Assembly (NCBI GenBank): GCA_965208105.1
Contig: OZ242318.1
Span: forward strand, 2,560,001-2,624,000
Reading direction: 5' to 3'
Source: Candidatus Latescibacterota bacterium
GTDB lineage: Bacteria > Latescibacterota > UBA2968 > UBA8231
Length of the DNA stretch: 64,000 nt
Shown here: piece by piece, positions 60,977 through 64,000 of the stretch
How positions within the stretch are numbered: the stretch's first letter is position 1
Layout of the letters: each line of letters opens with the position of its first letter
Position numbers and translations under genes: made by a program
Notes under the pieces: model-generated
What the model was told of the DNA's origin: nothing
Seen by the model: the letters and a program-made list of their open reading frames with translations, nothing else
Databases searched by the model: none

Positions 60977-62443
60977 ATGGGATCTGGAAGAAGCCGACCT
61001 AACGTAGTGCTGATGATCAGCGACCAGCAGCGCGCCGATACCATGCCGGGCGTGCGTCGGTTCCCGATCCACACGCCGCACCTGGCGTGGCTGATGAGCA
61101 GCTCCGCGCACTTCGAGCGCGCCTTTTGCACGAGCCCCATGTGTTCGCCCGCCCGGTCGTCCATCCTCACCGGACTCTTCCCCCACGCCACGGGCATGGT
61201 GGCCAATCACCAGGAGCGTCCCATCTCAAACGAGATCCACCTTGCAGCGGACGTGAAGATTTTGGCCGACTACCTCAAACCTCTGAACTATGTCTGCGCT
61301 TACACCGGGAAATGGCATCTGGGTACGGGCGCCGACCGCCGCGGCTTCACCGATTTCGTTACCCGCGCCGGCATGCATGACTGCGATATCGGTCACCCCG
61401 CTCAGAACCAGATGCTGTCCTTTGCGCGCAAAATCGGGGTACGGTTGGGAGGTAAACTCACTGGCAACGACCTGGACAAGGACACCTACGACCAGCGCAC
61501 CGATGTGGGGACGTCGCTGTTGCCTCTCGCATTTCACCGCTCGATGCGCGAAGCCAACCAGGCGGCGGGGTTCATTCGAAGCATGCGGGGCGAGGAACGA
61601 CCGTTTGCCCTGGTCTACTCGTGCCACGAACCCCATCCGCCGTTTGCATGTCCCCGGCCGTTCGACAGGATGTACGATCCGGAGACGATGCCTCTTCCGG
61701 AAACGCGGCGTGACCCGGCAGCATTGCGGCTACAGCAGGCACGCAACGACTGGCAACTGAAACCAGTGGCTGAGTTCAGCGACGGCGACCTCCAGCGCAT
61801 GTGGGCTGCCTACTGCGGGTCCGTCAGTTACGTGGACCACCTTCTCGGCATCCTGCTTGAAGCACTGGTCGACAGCGATCAACTGGAGAACACCCTGCTC
61901 ATCTTTACATCGGACCACGGCGAAATGCTGGGCAGCCACGGCTTCCTTCGCAAGGGCTCGGCCTTCTACGAGGAGTTGGTCAATGTTCCGCTTCTCGTGC
62001 GTCCTCCGGGAGGGCTCGACGCCGGCCATCGCACCCGCCAGCTGGTCTCCCAGGTTGACTTGGTGCCCACCATCGTCGGCTGGTGCGGCGGGGACTCGCC
62101 CGCTGGCTTGCACGGCACGGATATACGCACGCTGTCGGAGGGCGGAAACGATCCGGTGCGCCAGGGACTGGCCATGGAGTTCCACTCCTCCAACTGGGGC
62201 GAACCCCCAACTCCAATGCGCGGCTGGCGGACTGACGATCACAAGTACATCGAGACCGTTGGCGGCGATGACGAGTTCTACAATCTGTCTGACGATCCGC
62301 TGGAGACCCGCAACCTGATCTCCGAGGCGGGGGAGGCGGCCTTCCTGCAAAATATGATAGATCAACTGCGCACCTGGTTGCGCTGCAGCGAGGATCCCTG
62401 GCCGGAAGTGCCTCAACCCGAGCGCCTGGTGCAGAGGAAGTGA
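60977..62443 (+). CDS. Sulfatase (formylglycine-dependent, Cys type)
   Basis: PNVVLMISDQQR, CSPARSSILTG (CxPxR), GKWHL, EPHPP, SDHGEMLGSHG..KG. No signal peptide. Confidence 0.94.
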   Translation: MGSGRSRPNVVLMISDQQRADTMPGVRRFPIHTPHLAWLMSSSAHFERAFCTSPMCSPARSSILTGLFPHATGMVANHQERPISNEIHLAADVKILADYLKPLNYVCAYTGKWHLGTGADRRGFTDFVTRAGMHDCDIGHPAQNQMLSFARKIGVRLGGKLTGNDLDKDTYDQRTDVGTSLLPLAFHRSMREANQAAGFIRSMRGEERPFALVYSCHEPHPPFACPRPFDRMYDPETMPLPETRRDPAALRLQQARNDWQLKPVAEFSDGDLQRMWAAYCGSVSYVDHLLGILLEALVDSDQLENTLLIFTSDHGEMLGSHGFLRKGSAFYEELVNVPLLVRPPGGLDAGHRTRQLVSQVDLVPTIVGWCGGDSPAGLHGTDIRTLSEGGNDPVRQGLAMEFHSSNWGEPPTPMRGWRTDDHKYIETVGGDDEFYNLSDDPLETRNLISEAGEAAFLQNMIDQLRTWLRCSEDPWPEVPQPERLVQRK

Positions 62444-62471
62444 CCTTGCACCCTTAAACGAGTGCAGGTAT

Positions 62472-62739
62472 GGCCAAGTGGAGAGTTTTGACGGAACGTT
62501 CAGGGGTCAGTTGCTCAACCGGGAAGTTTTGAAGCCCCGAGGGAAGCCAAGTCTCGGGCAATTCCTCTCCAATTACCCCAAGAACAGGAGTGCCGGAAAT
62601 AATCTGCTGCACACGAAAAGGCGCCATCAATCGAGCTTATCAGGCACGACTTGACGGAGCCAACTTTCACAGCAAATCAACAACAAGGAATCCACCTTAA
62701 TCAGGCTGCCTGGCTGTCCAAAGATTGGGGTCCACCTCT
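62472..62739 (+). mobile_element. IS3-family remnant (integrase-core fragment plus right end)
   Basis: Translates GQVESFDGTFRGQLLNREV, resembling IS3 ESFNGKLRDELLN. CTGTCCAAAGATTGGGGTCCACCTC at 62714-62738 resembles an IS3 terminal IR. Confidence 0.6.
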
Positions 62740-62742
62740 CTT

Positions 62743-62785
62743 GATTTCGCCTGACAGGTTTTGTGTTTATTATTCCTTTCAGAAA
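62743..62785 (+). repeat. 43-bp dispersed direct repeat, copy 2 (transposase leader)
   Basis: GATTTCGCCTGACAGGTTTTGTGTTTATTATTCCTTTCAGAAA, running into the AGGAG SD of the transposase fragment. Confidence 0.8.
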
Positions 62786-62795
62786 GGAGTCGAGC

Positions 62796-62918
62796 ATGAC
62801 TCAAGACGAAAGAGATATCCGTCGTAAAATCAGGGCCTTAGAGCATGCTTGCTCAACTGGCAATGTGTCCAAGACCTGTCGATACTTCGGAATCTCCAGA
62901 GAGACCTTCTACTGCTGA
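62796..62918 (+). pseudogene. IS481-type transposase N-terminal HTH fragment
   Basis: MTQDERDIRRKIRALEHACSTGNVSKTCRYFGISRETFYC-stop, with an AAGGAG SD. Confidence 0.78.
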
Positions 62919-63490
62919 AGGCCGAAAGTCTCAACCATATCCAGGGCCATAAGCGCGGCTACGTGGGGGATTTGAAGATCATCCGCAAGGTAACAGTGGT
63001 ATTACACCCGGACCATGCGTCTTCCCCAGGTCGATCACCCCGTTCGCTTGGTGATTCTGTGGGATTGCAAGAACGGCAGGAAGCCGGTCAAGTACCTGGT
63101 GACCAACCGGGTTTTATTGTGAGATCAGCCGTATATTGAACGTCTACCGCAAACGCTGGACGGGCACGGAGACCTTTCACCGGGACGGCAAGCAGCATCC
63201 GGGCATGGGGGACTGTCAGCTACGCAGCGCCACGGGCCAGACCCGGCACCTGTATCTGGTAATGCTGGCGCACAGTCTCCTTATGGTCCGGATGGGGCAG
63301 GGCAGTGCGCGTGACTGGGCTCATGGTGTGCTGACGACCATCGGCCAAGCCTGTCGAGCCGTGTCGCGGGAAACGCTCAGTAAGACCATCCATTGGGCTG
63401 TCGAACAAGCCACCACGTTGGGGTGGAATCAGCAGCGCATCGTCACATATCTTGAGCTGGCCTGAGCCGAAGTTTGCAAAAGTCCAGTTA
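62919..63490 (+). pseudogene. IS701-like (DDE) transposase C-terminal remnant, frameshifted, with right end
   Basis: Fragments YVGDLK, PVRLVILWD..KYLVTNR and YRKRWTGTETFHRDGKQH.GMGDCQLR...RHLYLVMLAHSLL. Ends TTTGCAAAAGTCCAGT. Confidence 0.75.
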
Positions 63491-63528
63491 TTAGGTCCGG
63501 AGCCGGGCCCCCGGGCCCCGAGGTTAAC

Positions 63529-63882
63529 GTGGTGGTCGCCGACGGGCGCGACTGGGGCAACGACTCATACGTCGTGAACTCGGCCGCCATCGACGTTCAC
63601 CTGCTGACCATCGTAGTCTCATTCGGTGGCGGCTGCCCGAGGCATGACTTCACTCTGGTGATCTCAGAAACGTTCAAGGAATCTGATCCGGTGCAGCTTT
63701 CGGCTGTGCTCGCCCATGATGCGAACGGGGACACCTGCGAGGCTTATCCGACCGAATCTCGCGTTTTCGACCTTGCCCCGATCAGGACGCGCTATCAGCA
63801 GTTCTACGAACCCGGTCCGGGCAAGACCGCTCTGCAAATCGCGGGCGTTCCCGGCGTCGAACTCCTATACGAATTCGACTAA
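63529..63882 (+). CDS. Hypothetical protein, probably 5'-truncated (NigD C-terminal-like beta domain)
   Basis: VSFGGGCPRHDFTL...ESDPVQ...LAHDANGDTCEA...FDL pattern. No signal peptide or SD, and it directly follows an IS end. Confidence 0.55.
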   Translation: MVVADGRDWGNDSYVVNSAAIDVHLLTIVVSFGGGCPRHDFTLVISETFKESDPVQLSAVLAHDANGDTCEAYPTESRVFDLAPIRTRYQQFYEPGPGKTALQIAGVPGVELLYEFD

Positions 63883-63893
63883 CGGGCAAGATA

Positions 63894-64000
63894 ATGAGAA
63901 TTCTTACACCCATCCTATCCCTTGTGCTCTGGTCATTGAGTTGGCCTGCGTTCTCCTTGGCTGAGAACCCGCACTTCCACCAGCCGCTCGATCCGGAGAG
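63894..64000 (+). CDS. Secreted protein, 5' end only (not in the ORF track)
   Basis: MRILTPILSLVLWSLSWPAFSLA-ENPHFHQPLDPE..., a typical Sec signal peptide. Open to the window edge. Confidence 0.6.
   Translation, partial: MRILTPILSLVLWSLSWPAFSLAENPHFHQPLDPE

Noticed and set aside
63876-63900. attC-like GACTAAC at the end of the 63529 ORF
   Set aside because: It does not fit RYYYAAC, has no matching GTTRRRY arm, and the next gene starts immediately.
57634-64000. guaA-targeted genomic island
   Set aside because: Such islands integrate at the guaA 3' end and carry an integrase. Here the accessory DNA is on the 5' side and no integrase or att duplication is visible.

Overview
GC-rich bacterial chromosome window. 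The gene content suggests an FCB-superphylum organism, possibly Latescibacterota/Gemmatimonadota-like: a PorV/PorQ-type gene, a psd-pssA-DUF4321-tatA-gatA cluster, PhyH, sulfatase and several SDRs. This taxonomy is inference only. About 1-57.6 kb is densely coding housekeeping and metabolic DNA: partial lhr, gatA, tatA, pssA/psd, htrA, truA, ecfT, an NMT1-type ABC transporter, xerD, ogt, uvrC, an HD phosphohydrolase, ndk-yceD-rpmF-fabHDG-acpP-fabF-rnc, lipoyl ligase, oppDF, a SurA/PpiD-like chaperone, NAD kinase, prpD, hflX/lon/glnD, a MetE-like protein, a GH95-like hydrolase, fhs, tyrS and guaA. About 57.7-64 kb is accessory: a ~940-aa secreted protein of unknown family with acidic Ca-binding-like repeats, a sulfatase, and debris of three IS families. 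I found no CRISPR array, rRNA or tRNA. The most notable unexplained signals are the large secreted acidic-repeat protein divergent from the sulfatase; a 43-bp element (36/43 identical) shared by the sulfatase leader and an IS481-type transposase leader; a 164-bp fully foldable MITE at the fhs stop codon; a tandem SDR pair with one apparently dead member; an orphan ecfT; a CysE-like protein with large extensions; and candidate leaderless promoters and operators. No complete novel system can be proven from the sequence alone.
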